Source: Eledone cirrhosa (lineage: Eukaryota). From it: 64,000 bases of DNA. Each line of letters opens with the position of its first letter. Position 1 is the first letter of the stretch. Below the pieces are notes generated by a model. The model had not been told where the DNA came from. It did not search any database and saw only the letters and a list, made by a program, of their open reading frames with translations. The position numbers and the translations under genes are program-made. Positions 1 to 11,900 of the stretch are shown here, piece after piece. The stretch lies in assembly GCA_964016885.1 (NCBI GenBank), contig OZ024759.1:3472001-3536000 (forward strand). The letters run 5' to 3'.

Positions 1-424
1 TCACAATCTCCACACAAGCCAGGTTACTGACGACCCAAGAAATGCACAGAATTCATTGTTGAAAGAAATGGAGGCATTTTCACTGTTGAAGACCAAAATG
101 TACCATCTCCACCACCTCTGACATCAGATTCTATTACAACTATGGAATTTAGACCTGCAATGCCACCTTACAAAACCTCTACGTAGTCTTTCTAACTGCT
201 AGAAATAGCAGCGATATTATCCATTACAACTTCGTTTTTTTGTTTAAAATATCCAAAGTTTAGTTATGAAATCAACAGCAAGTCCTTTGCACAGACTTCG
301 GAATAAACTCGAAGACCGTCAAAATATCATTCTCCTTCTCTCTCTCTTTAAACAAAGAATAGCTGCTTTCAACCTTAACGGGATCTTCTGAAACTCATTA
401 TTTTAATCAATAGTTGCTCTACGG

Positions 425-478
<54 letters not shown>

Positions 479-571
479 GTAATTCCGTCGGAAAAGTGCA
501 GGAAAAAAGAGTGCTCTATGTAGGCAACAGAGCTTAATTATTATTATGTAATAAACAACATAAGGCAATTA

Positions 572-631
572 TTCCATTTACCAGTGGTTTCTTAAAAGCA
601 AAAGGTTTTGCTTTCAATCCTCAGAATGAAA
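572..631 (-). ncRNA. Type I hammerhead ribozyme (family 1)
   Basis: Reverse complement reads ttcatt-CTGAGGA-ttgaaagcaaaa cc ttttgcttttaa-GAAA-cc act gg-TA-aatggaa, giving stems I/II/III, the conserved core and a GUA cleavage triplet. Confidence 0.8.
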
Positions 632-776
632 AAATCCTGGTTTGTTTATTGAATTTGGATTTTAAAAAACAAAAATGCAAACTATATGAAAGTGAGGCTG
701 GAGAAGGGAGAAGGAAAGGAAAAATAAAATAAAACTACACATGCAAACACACACACAAAAACACAAAAGCATACAT

Positions 777-839
<63 letters not shown>

Positions 840-1089
840 CACATATATATAAAAAAAAACATTGACACTCCTATGATAAATCAACCGCCTTGAAATCCTT
901 CCCTGCTCTTTACTTCTGCTACGGTTTTTATTTTGCTGATTCTACGTTCTGTACTCTTGTATATTTACTTATTTTTTTCTCCCTTACCTCCCCTTATATT
1001 TTACCTTTTCTTATGCCCCCCCCCCCCATATATTCTGTTTGCCTTGCCCTTCACATACCTATGTGTATGTGTATGTATATTTGTGTGTA

Positions 1090-1158
<69 letters not shown>

Positions 1159-1235
1159 GTGTGTGTATGTGTATGTGTGTATATATATGTATATATTTGT
1201 GTGTGTGTATGTATATGTGGATAAACCAGGGTTTT

Positions 1236-1295
1236 TTTCATTCTGAAGATTGAAGGAAAAATTTTTTGCTTTTAAGAAACCACTGGTGAATGGAA
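1236..1295 (+). ncRNA. Degenerate hammerhead ribozyme (family 1), triplet mutated to GUG
   Basis: ttcatt-CTGAAGA-stem II-GAAA-ccactgg-TG-aatggaa; diverged copy of 2492-2551. Confidence 0.65.
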
Positions 1296-1670
1296 TAATT
1301 GCCTTATGTTGCTTTATTACTTTACTACTATATATACGTATATGTAAGGTTCATATGAATTATCTAAGACTGAGTCTTACACATACACACATGTATGTGT
1401 GTGTGTATGTGTATGCATGTGTATATATATGTATGTATATGTATGTATGTATATATATATATATATATATGTGTATATATATATATGTATATATATATGT
1501 GTGTATATGTATGCGTGTGTATGTATATATGTATGTGTCTGTGTTTGTGTTTGTATTTGGTTGTGCGTGTTTATGATATGTACGTATTTGTATGTGTATA
1601 ATTGTTTAGCTATGTATGTATATGTGTGTGTATGTATACGTATGTGTGTGTGTGTGCGTTTATATTTATG

Positions 1671-1741
<71 letters not shown>

Positions 1742-2151
1742 ATATAATTACATATACATATGTGTGTGTATATATTGTATACGTGTGCGTATTTGTGCAT
1801 GTATGTGCATGTATGTGTTTATGTATTTGTATATGTATATTTATGTGTGAGAGTGTGTGTATGTGTTTACGATTTCGTACGTATGTATACGTGCATTTGT
1901 GTGTATTACTTACCACGCGTGTCTGTCCAGTTAGCTGCCTTATGTAATGGTGTCAAAAAATTTTTTTAATATATATATATATTTTTTCTTATATTTATTT
2001 GCGTGTGTGAATATGTAGAGGAGTGCATTTATGTATGTGTATGTACGTATGTATATATGTATGATTGTGTGAATGTATGTATGTATATATGTGTGTGTGT
2101 ATGGCTATGTTTGTGTATGTGTATGCTTGTACACACATATATATATATGTA

Positions 2152-2204
<53 letters not shown>

Positions 2205-2313
2205 ATATGTGTGTGTGTATGTGTATGTATGCGTGTATGTATGTGTATATGTGTATGTATGTGCATGTGTATATTTGTGTATGTATATATATATATGTGT
2301 ATATGTATATATG

Positions 2314-2344
<31 letters not shown>

Positions 2345-2491
2345 ATGTATGCTTTTGTGTTTTTTTGTGTGTGTGTTTGCATGTGTAGTTTTATTTTATT
2401 TTTCCTTTCCTTCTTCCTTCTCCAGCCTCACTTTCATATAGATTGCATTTTTGTTTTTTAAAATCCAAATTCAATAAACAAACCAGGATTT

Positions 2492-2551
2492 TTTCATTCT
2501 GAGGATTGAAAGCAAAACCTTTTGCTTTTAAGAAACCACTGGTAAATGGAA
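2492..2551 (+). ncRNA. Type I hammerhead ribozyme (family 1)
   Basis: CTGAGGA at 2499-2505, a long stem II, GAAA at 2532-2535, stem III acc-act-ggt, GUA triplet ending at 2544, and stem I ttcatt/aatgga. Confidence 0.8.
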
Positions 2552-3422
2552 TAATTGCCTTATCTTGTTTATTACATAATAATATTTTACATGGTAGACA
2601 TTATTTGAATTTTGAAAATGTGAGACCAGAGAAATTGCTTCATGTGACACTGTAAGAAAACATTAAAAAATGAAATGTATATCTTCTTCTTTATCATTAA
2701 GTATGTCAGCAGCAGCAGCACCACACACACACACACATATATATATACAGAGAGAGAGAGAGAGAAGAGAGAGAGTAGTTAATAATAAATACAAAGACCA
2801 AAATCTAGAGAGGGCTCAATAAGATAAGAGTTTTATGTATATATATATATATACATATATATGTATCATCATCATCATCATCATCATTTTACGTCCACTT
2901 TTCCCTGCTTGCGAGGGTGGGACGGAAACTGATTCTGGTTTGATTTCTACAGCTGGATGCCCTTCCTACCACCAACCTTATTTACAGTGAGTGCTGGGTG
3001 CTTTTTTGCTGTGGCACCTCCACGACCACTTTGCAGTGGAATGATAGAGGCCCAAGTCCCTATCATCTCATTTCTACAGCTGAGTAAACTGGAGCAATGT
3101 GAAATAAAGTGTCTTGCTCAAGGAAACAACACATCACCCGGTTTGAGAATTGAACTCACAACCTTTCGATTGCAAGGCCAATGCTCTAACCACTAAGCCA
3201 TAGAGAGAGAGAGAAGTGAGAGAGTAGTTAATAATAAATAGAAACACCAAAATCTGGAGAGGGCTCAATAAGATAAGAGTTATATATATATATATGTATA
3301 TATATAAGTTGAAAAAAATGAAAACGAAATTTCATTTCTCACTCTTAGTATGGCACTTACTTAAATGTAAGTATGTATGTATACGTACATACATATATGT
3401 ATACGGACGTACAGTAGCATGC

Positions 3423-3455
<33 letters not shown>

Positions 3456-3761
3456 TACAGGTACACATACATATATGCACGCATCAGTTTAGCGGACGCT
3501 TATTATAACGCCGCTTTGTTCGTTTGTCAACAAACTGAACAGCCTGAATTTATGCCATACGGTGTTAAGGTAACCACGTCACCTTTTTGTTCAACACTGA
3601 CACAGGAACGATGTACTAGTTTCAAGCTTGTTAGCTATCATCAGCACCGTTTACCTATCTGCCAGATAGTTGAACGTTCGAAAGTATATTCTTTCCTTAT
3701 CAAAATTAACGGCTGAGCAGCCTAATTTGCATATTGAGTGAGTTAAATCGGTCAGGCATCA

Positions 3762-4400
3762 AATTTGTGTTCTTTTATTTTGTTTTTGATATGCTACCAA
3801 GGATTGGGGGTTAGAGTTGTGTTTGCATTCCTGTCCAGTTGTTATATGGTTTGGATGGCTATTCTAGTAGGCAGATATGAAGCAGGAGGTGCTATTGTTG
3901 CTGACATACTAGGGATGGTAAGTAGGTTAAGGTATCAAATTACCAGAGGGGTCAGTCATCACCCCACCCCCCGTTCATATATGTTAAAGAATTTGTTCGA
4001 ATAATCTACTTATTTTTTTGTTTATTTGAACTTTGTTTATTTGTTTGAACTACATAGCTATATATCCAGGCTGTGTATTATTAGAGAAGGTGATTCTTGT
4101 GTAACTATGTAAGGATGCATTAAATGTATAGATTTAGTCATTATGTTCAGCTCTAGGTGGAAGTTAGCATGGAATGTGTTAACTATCTAATCTAAGGAAA
4201 GTTTTAGATATTTTATGCATACAAGTATTAACTCTTTAGCATTTACATTACTCTGTAATGTATTTTCTCTGTAAAGTCTTTACCTCACATAATAATCTCA
4301 CATAATATCAAATCAACAAGATTTTGATATTATTTATTTTGAGAACAATACCTTAACATAAGTATGAGCAGCCAGTTACGGCTGGTTTGAACAGAAAAAG
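3762..4400. repeat. ~640-bp near-identical dispersed duplication, other copy at 10057-10696
   Basis: Both copies give the same spurious 79-aa ORF (3765 and 10060) with one residue different; the segment includes part of a TTAA MITE. Confidence 0.9.
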
Positions 4401-5327
4401 GTGAGAGAATTCTGGCCGGATATGGCCGGTTTAAATGCTAAAGGTTAAAGTGGTCAGAGCCTTTGTTAATTACTTCCTGTCTCCTATTAATAATGTGTTG
4501 AGCTTCCGTTGTACAGAGATCACAGCCACATGAAAAAGGATTCGCATAAATATGGAAATGCATTTGTGAGAATACGCCAAGAAAACGAGTACTGTACCTG
4601 GTTCTGTTTTAGCCTCCTTATGATTTAGCATAATTTCAGATAGCGCTGTGCTTCTTCTTCTGTCTATTCAGTTAAATGAGTGCTGATTGTACCATTTAAC
4701 ATACATACATATGTACATGGTGGCTGCCAACTCGTTTTCGAGTACGGCCACTACTTTATATCCATGTAGGAGAACCCCTACCGATGCGCTGAACAATAGT
4801 GACTTTTTAGTCCAGCCAGCGACTTGAAAATTCCTGTACAGAGAGATCTCCAGATACAAAGCAATGCCTGTGCCGTGAAGCTTTTATAGTGAGCAAAGGC
4901 ACTGCACAAAGCCAGTCCCACTCTCTTAACTAAGATGATATTTACCAAAAGGAAGAACAAGTCAACATCATTGGATACCATCAGGGTTGCAGGTGTAATA
5001 TTAGAGTTTTCCTTCTCCTAGAATTCTGCCTTGAGAAAGGCTAAGGGGTCATCTCTCCCGGTGATTTTGGATGGCCATTGACACTTAAAAGCTCCGTTGC
5101 CCTTTCACAGGTTTTGTTTTTAGTCCTGCAGGATGTCCAAAGTCACCCTCCTCACCAAGAAACCTTGGTGGGGTTACCATTTCAGTCGCTAACGACCCGA
5201 CCATGAGACAGGTTGTACTGGGATACATGTTACCAGTAGCACCAACTGGTGACCTGACATATGTACATATGTACATATATACATACATACATAACCACTT
5301 TAAACTAAACAATTTTGTACCCTAGAA

Positions 5328-5646
5328 CAGGGGTGTGCAACATATTCCATTGGCGGGCCACTTTTGAACATTGGAACAATTATTAGGGCTATTATTATTT
5401 ATTAAGCACTATTCCGAAGATTCACCACAACTTCTTTCCATAACATGGAACTGGGAAAGTATAACACACATAACCCTATCAGTGAAGCCCTTTAGTATAG
5501 GTCAACTAACAGAAAATTGTATTACGGTTATGAAAAAAATTGTAAATAGGCCTACAAGGTAAACATTTAAAATGGTCACCGCGGGCCACTTTGACTGGTC
5601 TGGCAGGGCGGATTGTGGCCCACGGGCCGCCTGCTACATGCCCCTG
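5328..5646. mobile_element. hAT (Charlie-type) MITE
   Basis: Termini CAGGGGTGTGCA...TACATGCCCCTG with a perfect 8-bp TSD CCCTAGAA (5320-5327 and 5647-5654). Confidence 0.85.
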
Positions 5647-5781
5647 CCCTAGAAGCAGGGGCAGTCTTATGTGGTTTGATGTAAAAAAAATTAAGGACTC
5701 ATTGATTCTCAACATTTAAGCAGTGTTGTTGTATGAAGGGATGGTTGTGTAAACAACGCTATCTGGTGGTAGGTTACTAAC

Positions 5782-5919
5782 CTGTCTGGCAGTTACTTCC
5801 CTTGTAACCAACTGCACATCCTCCACTTGAACATATCCCTGACACTATATTACATTTACTGTTGTCTGCACAGTGGCACATATACTTGCAGTTAGGACCA
5901 AATGAACCAGATGCACACA
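5782..5919 (-). CDS. Exon (138 nt), EGF-like: VCASGSFGPNCKYMCHCADNSKCNIVSGICSSGGCAVGYKGSNCQT
   Basis: Acceptor ttccattgcag and donor gttagt; close paralogue of the preceding exon. Confidence 0.9.
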
Positions 5920-8900
5920 CTGCAATGGAATAAAGCAACAACAACAGAAAACATGAGGATGAAGAAGAAAAAGAGACAATTATACAGACAGATGCACATG
6001 CATAGTGGAGGTGTGTGGCCTAGTGGTAAGGGTGTTGGACTTGCAATCATAATGTCATGGGTTCGATTCCTGGGCTGAGTTGTGCGTTGTATTCTTGAGC
6101 AAAACACTTCATTTCACGCTGCTCCAGTATACTCAGCTGAAAACGAGTATCAGCAATAGCTGGGGTTTTGACCCCACGATGGATTGGCGTCCTGTCCAGG
6201 GAGGAGTCTTGTACTCTCAGTCATTTCACACCATAAAAATGGGATAAGCACCTACTATTGTCTTGACACAATATATTATGTTACAAAAAAAGCTATACTA
6301 CACCACTTACCTGTCTGACAGTTGCTACCTTCATAACCAGCAGCACATCCTCCACTTGAACACACACCTGTCTGTTTGTTACACCTGCTGTTGTCAGCAC
6401 AGGGGCATGTGTTGCCACAGTTTGGTCCAAATTTCCCCTCTGGACATTCTACAATGAAAGATCATGAGAAAACCTCTGCTCTTTTATCTCACTAAACATT
6501 TGTAAAAAAAATGAGGTTCAACTGAGTAAGAATACAAAGGATTAATAGGATTAATCAACCCTTACAATACTAAGGACCTTTGTTAAGTTATGTTCCAAAT
6601 ACCATCTTAACCGTTTTGATACCAAACTGCCAGATGTGGACCTTGTTCTTACAATACTAACAACCTTTGTTAAGTTATGTTCCAAATACCATCTTAACCC
6701 TTTTGATACCAAACTGCCAGATGTGGACCTTGTTCTTACAATACTAACAACCTTTGTTAAGTTATGTTCCAAGCACCATCTGAGACCACTCTTGGCAGGT
6801 CTGTTGGATGTTGGCTTACCTGGGGCTAAACAACATCAACAATACCTACTACAATATGCAATACCACCACCACTACCACTATCACCAGCAGCAGCAGCAC
6901 CACCAACACCACCACCACACCAACAACAACAAAACCAGCATCCTCCTCCTCACCACCACCACAACTACCTCCACTCCACCACCACCATCACCACCTACAC
7001 TCCACTCCCACTATAACCACGACAGCCACCTACACTCCACCAACACCACCACCACCACCACCACCACCATCACCACCACCACCACCATCATCATCATCAC
7101 CATCACCACCACCACCACCACCACCAGTACCACCATCATCATCACCACCACCATCTGGGAGATCCAAAATACTGTTGTGGTCCCATTCCATTACTTCACC
7201 AATCTTGTAGACCCTAAATATTGTAATGGTCACTGTCCTTTCTCTTCCACCAACCTGAGAGACCCTAAATACTGTTGTGGTCCATGTCCCTTCTCTTCCA
7301 CCAATCTGGGAGTCCCTAAATACTGTCATGGTTCCTGTTCCTCCCTCCAGTAATCTTGGAGACCCTAAATACTGTTGTAGTACCTTCCCATTCCTTCCAC
7401 TAATTTTGGAGACCCTAAATATTGCAATGGTTACTGTCCCTTCCTTCCTTCAATCTAGGGGACCCTAAATACTGTTCTGGTCCCTGTTCCTTCTCTTCCA
7501 CCAATCAGTGAGTCCCTAAATACTGTCATGGTTCCTGTCCCTTACTTCTCTTCCACCAATCAGTGAGTCCCTTAATACTGCCGTAGTCCCTGTCTCTTCT
7601 CTTCCACCAATCAGTGAGTCCCTTAATACTGTTGTGGACCCTGTCTCTTCTCTTCCACCAATCAGTGAGTCTCTTAATACTGTTGTGGTCCCTGTCTCTT
7701 CTCTTCCACCAATCAGTGAGTCCCTAAATACTGTCGTGGTCCCTGTCTCTTCTCTTCCACCAATCAGTGAGTCTCTTAATACTGTTGTGGTCCCTGTCTC
7801 TTCTCTTCCACCAATCAGTGAGCCCCTAAATACTGCCGTAGTCCCTGTCTCTTCTCTTCCACCAATCAGTGAGTCCCTTAATACTGTCGTGGTCCCTGTC
7901 TCTTCTCTTCCACCAATCAGTGAGTCCCTTAATACTGTTGTGGTCCCTGTCTCTTCTCTTCCACCAATCAGTGAGTCCCTAAATACTATCATGGTCCCTG
8001 TCTCTTCTCTTCCACCAATCAGTGAGTCTCTTAATATTGTCGTGGTCCCTGTCTCTTCTCTTCCACCAATCAGTGAGTCCCTAAATACTGTTGTGGTCCC
8101 TGTCTCTTCTCTTCCACCAATCAGTGAGTCCCTAAATACTGTTGTGGTCCCTGTCTCTTCTCTTCCACCAATCAGTGAGTCCCTTAATACTGTCGTGGTC
8201 CATGTCTCTTCTCTTCCACCAATCAGTGAGTCCCTTAATACTGTTGTGGTCCCTGTCTCTTCTCTTCCACCAATCAGTGAGTCCCTAAATACTATCATGG
8301 TCCCTGTCTCTTCTCTTCCACCAATCAGTGAGTCCCTAAATACTGTCGTGGTCCCTGTCTCTTCTCTTCCACCAATCAGTGAGTCCCTAAATACTGTCGT
8401 GGTCCCTGTCTCTTCTCTTCCACCAATCAGTGAGTCCCTAAATACTGTCGTGGTCCCTGTCTCTTCCCTCTCTAAAGGGTAAACAGATAAAAACTTACTT
8501 GACTGGCAGCTGTGTCCCCTGTAACCAGGTGAGCACCTTCCATTGATGCAGATACCATTGTCAGAGTAACATTTGCCATTATTCAGACAGTGGCACTTCT
8601 TCACACAGTTGACACCAAACATGCCATGGGCACATCCTGAGAAAACAACTTCAATATGTAATTACTGTATTTCCTGACGCCGAAGACACTTCGTCCTCGA
8701 GGACACACCCTAATTCTGACAACCAAAAATTTTAAAAAAAATAATTGTTTCTACTTTTGGCACAAGGCCAGCAATTATCCCAATGTATTACTGGTACTTT
8801 ATTTTATCGACCCCGTAAGGATGAATGGCAAAGTTAACCTCGGCGGGATTTGAACTCAGACCATAAAGGGACGTAACTCTTTGCTGCAAAGCATGGCGTC

Positions 8901-11900
8901 AGACCGATACTGCCAATCCACCGCTCTTTGAATTTGAAGAAAAATAATTGTTTCTACTATTGGCACAAGGCCAGCAATCACCCAGTACATTACTGGTACT
9001 TTATTTTATCGACTCCGTAAAGATGAAAGGCAAAGTTAACCTTGGCAGGATTTGAACTCAGAATGGCAAGTGCTGTAACTCTATGCGTCAAAGCATGGCG
9101 TCCGACCCTCTACCGATACTGCCAATTCACCGCCCTTTGAAGAAAAATAATAAACAACTTTCGGCCTCCAGGATGCATGGTAGATTTTTGAGACTTATTT
9201 TAGTAAAAGTAGCGTCTTTGACGCCGGGAAATACGGTGAGTTTAATTAATTCAAATTTCAGAGTTGTTATCTTTCATCCTTTGAGTGTATCCCATTTACA
9301 ATAGTAACTCTATAACCCTGCATGTTGTAGAAAGAGCCTAAAATAGTTTGGCATCAAGAAGGGCATCCAGCAGCAAAATAATGCCTCAATACTATATATC
9401 ATCATCATCATTGGATGCGCAATGTCAATGTGCATGAATGAGCAAGCATAGACGAGTTGAGAAAGAAATTGTGTATAATAGGGATAAGCTGTAGTGTGTG
9501 GGAGAGAAGACTGCGTTGGTATAGACATATGATGTGCATGGAGGATGACTGCTGGGTAAAGAAGTGCCAAGAAATCCCAGGAGAAAGAAGATGCAGTAGA
9601 GGAAGACCACGAAAATCATGGACGAAGGTGGTGAGATCTGACCTCAGATTGCTGAAGCTCATGGAGGAGATGACGAAAGACTGTGATGAATGGAGAGATG
9701 CTGTGCTGTATAGGACCCATCCCACCCTTGCAAGCAGGGAAAAGCGGACGTAAAATGATGATGATGATCATCATCATGGTTATCATCATCATCATCATCA
9801 TCATTGTTTAACATCCATCTTCCACACTAGTCTGGATTAGATGGTTTTGTTCCACTTGAGGTGAGATTGGTCTGGAGACTGTGTCTTGCTTGTACAGAAC
9901 TGTCTTTGGTAGGTTTTTTACCCCTGGAGGCCCTTCCTAACACCAACCACATTTACAGTGTACATCTTCTGTTTATTACATAATTCTGTTATACGTATTT
10001 CGAAGATGTCAGAGTGGTTGCATAACTTTCTGACATGTTCTCTTCAGACAAGTTGAAATTTGTGTTCTTTTATTTTGTTTTTGATATGCTACCAAGGAGT
10101 GGGGGTTAGAGTTGTGTTTGCATTCCTGTCCAGTTGTTATATGGTTTGGATGGCTATTCTAGTAGGCAGATATGAAGCAGGAGGTGCTATTGTTGCTGAC
10201 ATACTAGGGATGGTAAGTAGGTTAAGGTATCAAATTACCAGAGGGGTAAGTCATCACCCCACCCCCCGTTCATATATGTTAAAGAATTTGTTCGAATAAT
10301 CTACTTATTTTTTTGTTTATTTGAACTTTGTTTATTTGTTTGAACTACATAGCTATATATCCAGGCTGTGTATTATTAGAGAAGGTGATTCTTGTGTAAC
10401 TATGTAAGGATGCATTAAATGTATAGATTTAGTCATTATGTTCAGCTCTAGGTGGAAGTTAGCATGGAACGTGTTAACTATCTAATCTAAGGAAAGTTTT
10501 AGATATTTTATGCATACAAGTATTAACTCTTTAGCATTTACATTACTCTGTAATGTATTTTCTCTGTAAAGTCTTTACCTCACATAATAATCTCACATAA
10601 TATCAAATCCACAAGATTTTGATATTATTTATTTTGAGAACAATACCTTAACAAAAGTATGAGCAGCCAGTTACGGCTGGTTTGAACAGAAAAAGCACCA
10701 CCTACACTCCACTCCCACTATAACCATGACAGCCACCTCCACTCCACTCCCACTATAACCACGACAGCCACCAACACTCCACTCCCACTATAACCATGAC
10801 AACCACCTACACTCCACCACCACCACTCACCTTTACAAGTGTTATTCACATCAATATATCCATCTTTACATCCAGTCACACATTTGCCAGTCAATTGATC
10901 ACATGTCTTTCTGCAGTTGTTGCACTCTTCTTTACAATTTCTTCCATAGAATCCAGGGAGACATTCTAGAAAGACAAACAATCTTAGTCATTATTTCAAT
11001 CTAGGGCAGTGGATTGGCAGAATCGGTGGAGCATCGAACACCATGCTTTGCGGCATAAAGTTATGGCCCTTTATGATCTGAGTTCCAATCCCGCCGAGGG
11101 TAACTTTGCTTTTCATCCTTACGGGGTCTTGTGCCTATATAAGGAACCATTATTTTAATCAAGGGCGGTGGATTGGCAGTATCGTTAGAGTGTCGAACAC
11201 CATGCTTTGCGGTATTGAGTTACGACCCTTTCCATTCTGAGTTCAAAACCCGCCAAAGTTAGCTTGGCCTTTCATCCTTACGGGGTCGATAAAATAAAGT
11301 ACCAGTCACACAATGGGGTCATTTAAATCGACTTTCCCCCTTCCCTTCAAATTACTGGCCTTGTGCCAACAGTAGAAACAATTATTTCAATCTACACTTT
11401 GACAATGCTGTTTATTTTAACCCTTTAGCATTTACATTACCCTGTATTTACTATTGTATTTTCATGGTAAAGGCTTTACCTCACATAATTATCTCATAAC
11501 ATTTACATTACTCTGTATTTACTATTGTATTTTCATGGTAAAGGCTTTACCTCACATAATATCTCACATAACATTTACATTACTCTGTATTTACTATTGT
11601 ACTTTCATGGTAAAGGCTTTACCTCACATAATTATCTCACATAACATTTACATTACCCTGTATTTACTATTGTATTTTCATGGTAAAGGCTTTACCTCAC
11701 ATAATATCTCACATAACATTTACATTACTCTGTATTTACTATTGTATTTTCATGGTAAAGGCTTTACCTCACATAATTATCTCAAATAACATTTACATTA
11801 CTCTGTATTTACTAATGTATTTTCATGGTAAAGGCTTTACCTCACATAATTATCTCACATAACATTTACCTTACTCTGTATTTACTATTGTATTTTCATG

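Larger units (their letters stand above)
538..2582. mobile_element. Non-coding element with a ~260-300 bp near-perfect inverted repeat (538-~800 vs ~2330-2582) and three hammerheads; non-autonomous Penelope/retrozyme-like
   Basis: Direct comparison of the two arms. The interior is mostly (TA)n/(TG)n microsatellite with a third partial copy at ~1221-1320. Confidence 0.6.

Noticed and set aside
25-50. CTGACGA...GAAA hammerhead-like spacing
   Set aside because: No pairing stem II or III. The region 1-165 more likely is an old LINE remnant (FTVEDQNVP...), itself too weak to annotate.
172-232. ~60-bp sequence shared with 62670-62728 (actgctagaaatagcagc hairpin), suggesting the ends of one giant element
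   Set aside because: The copies are in direct orientation, diverged and lack a TSD; they are more simply two fragments of a dispersed repeat.
662-2461. Many ORFs rich in Y/I/C/V/M/H/T
   Set aside because: These are translations of (TA)n/(TG)n microsatellite, which lacks stop codons; there is no coding signal.
6008-6080. tRNA gene-like A/B boxes (here and in other SINE heads)
   Set aside because: No complete cloverleaf, and the sequence continues directly into the SINE body.
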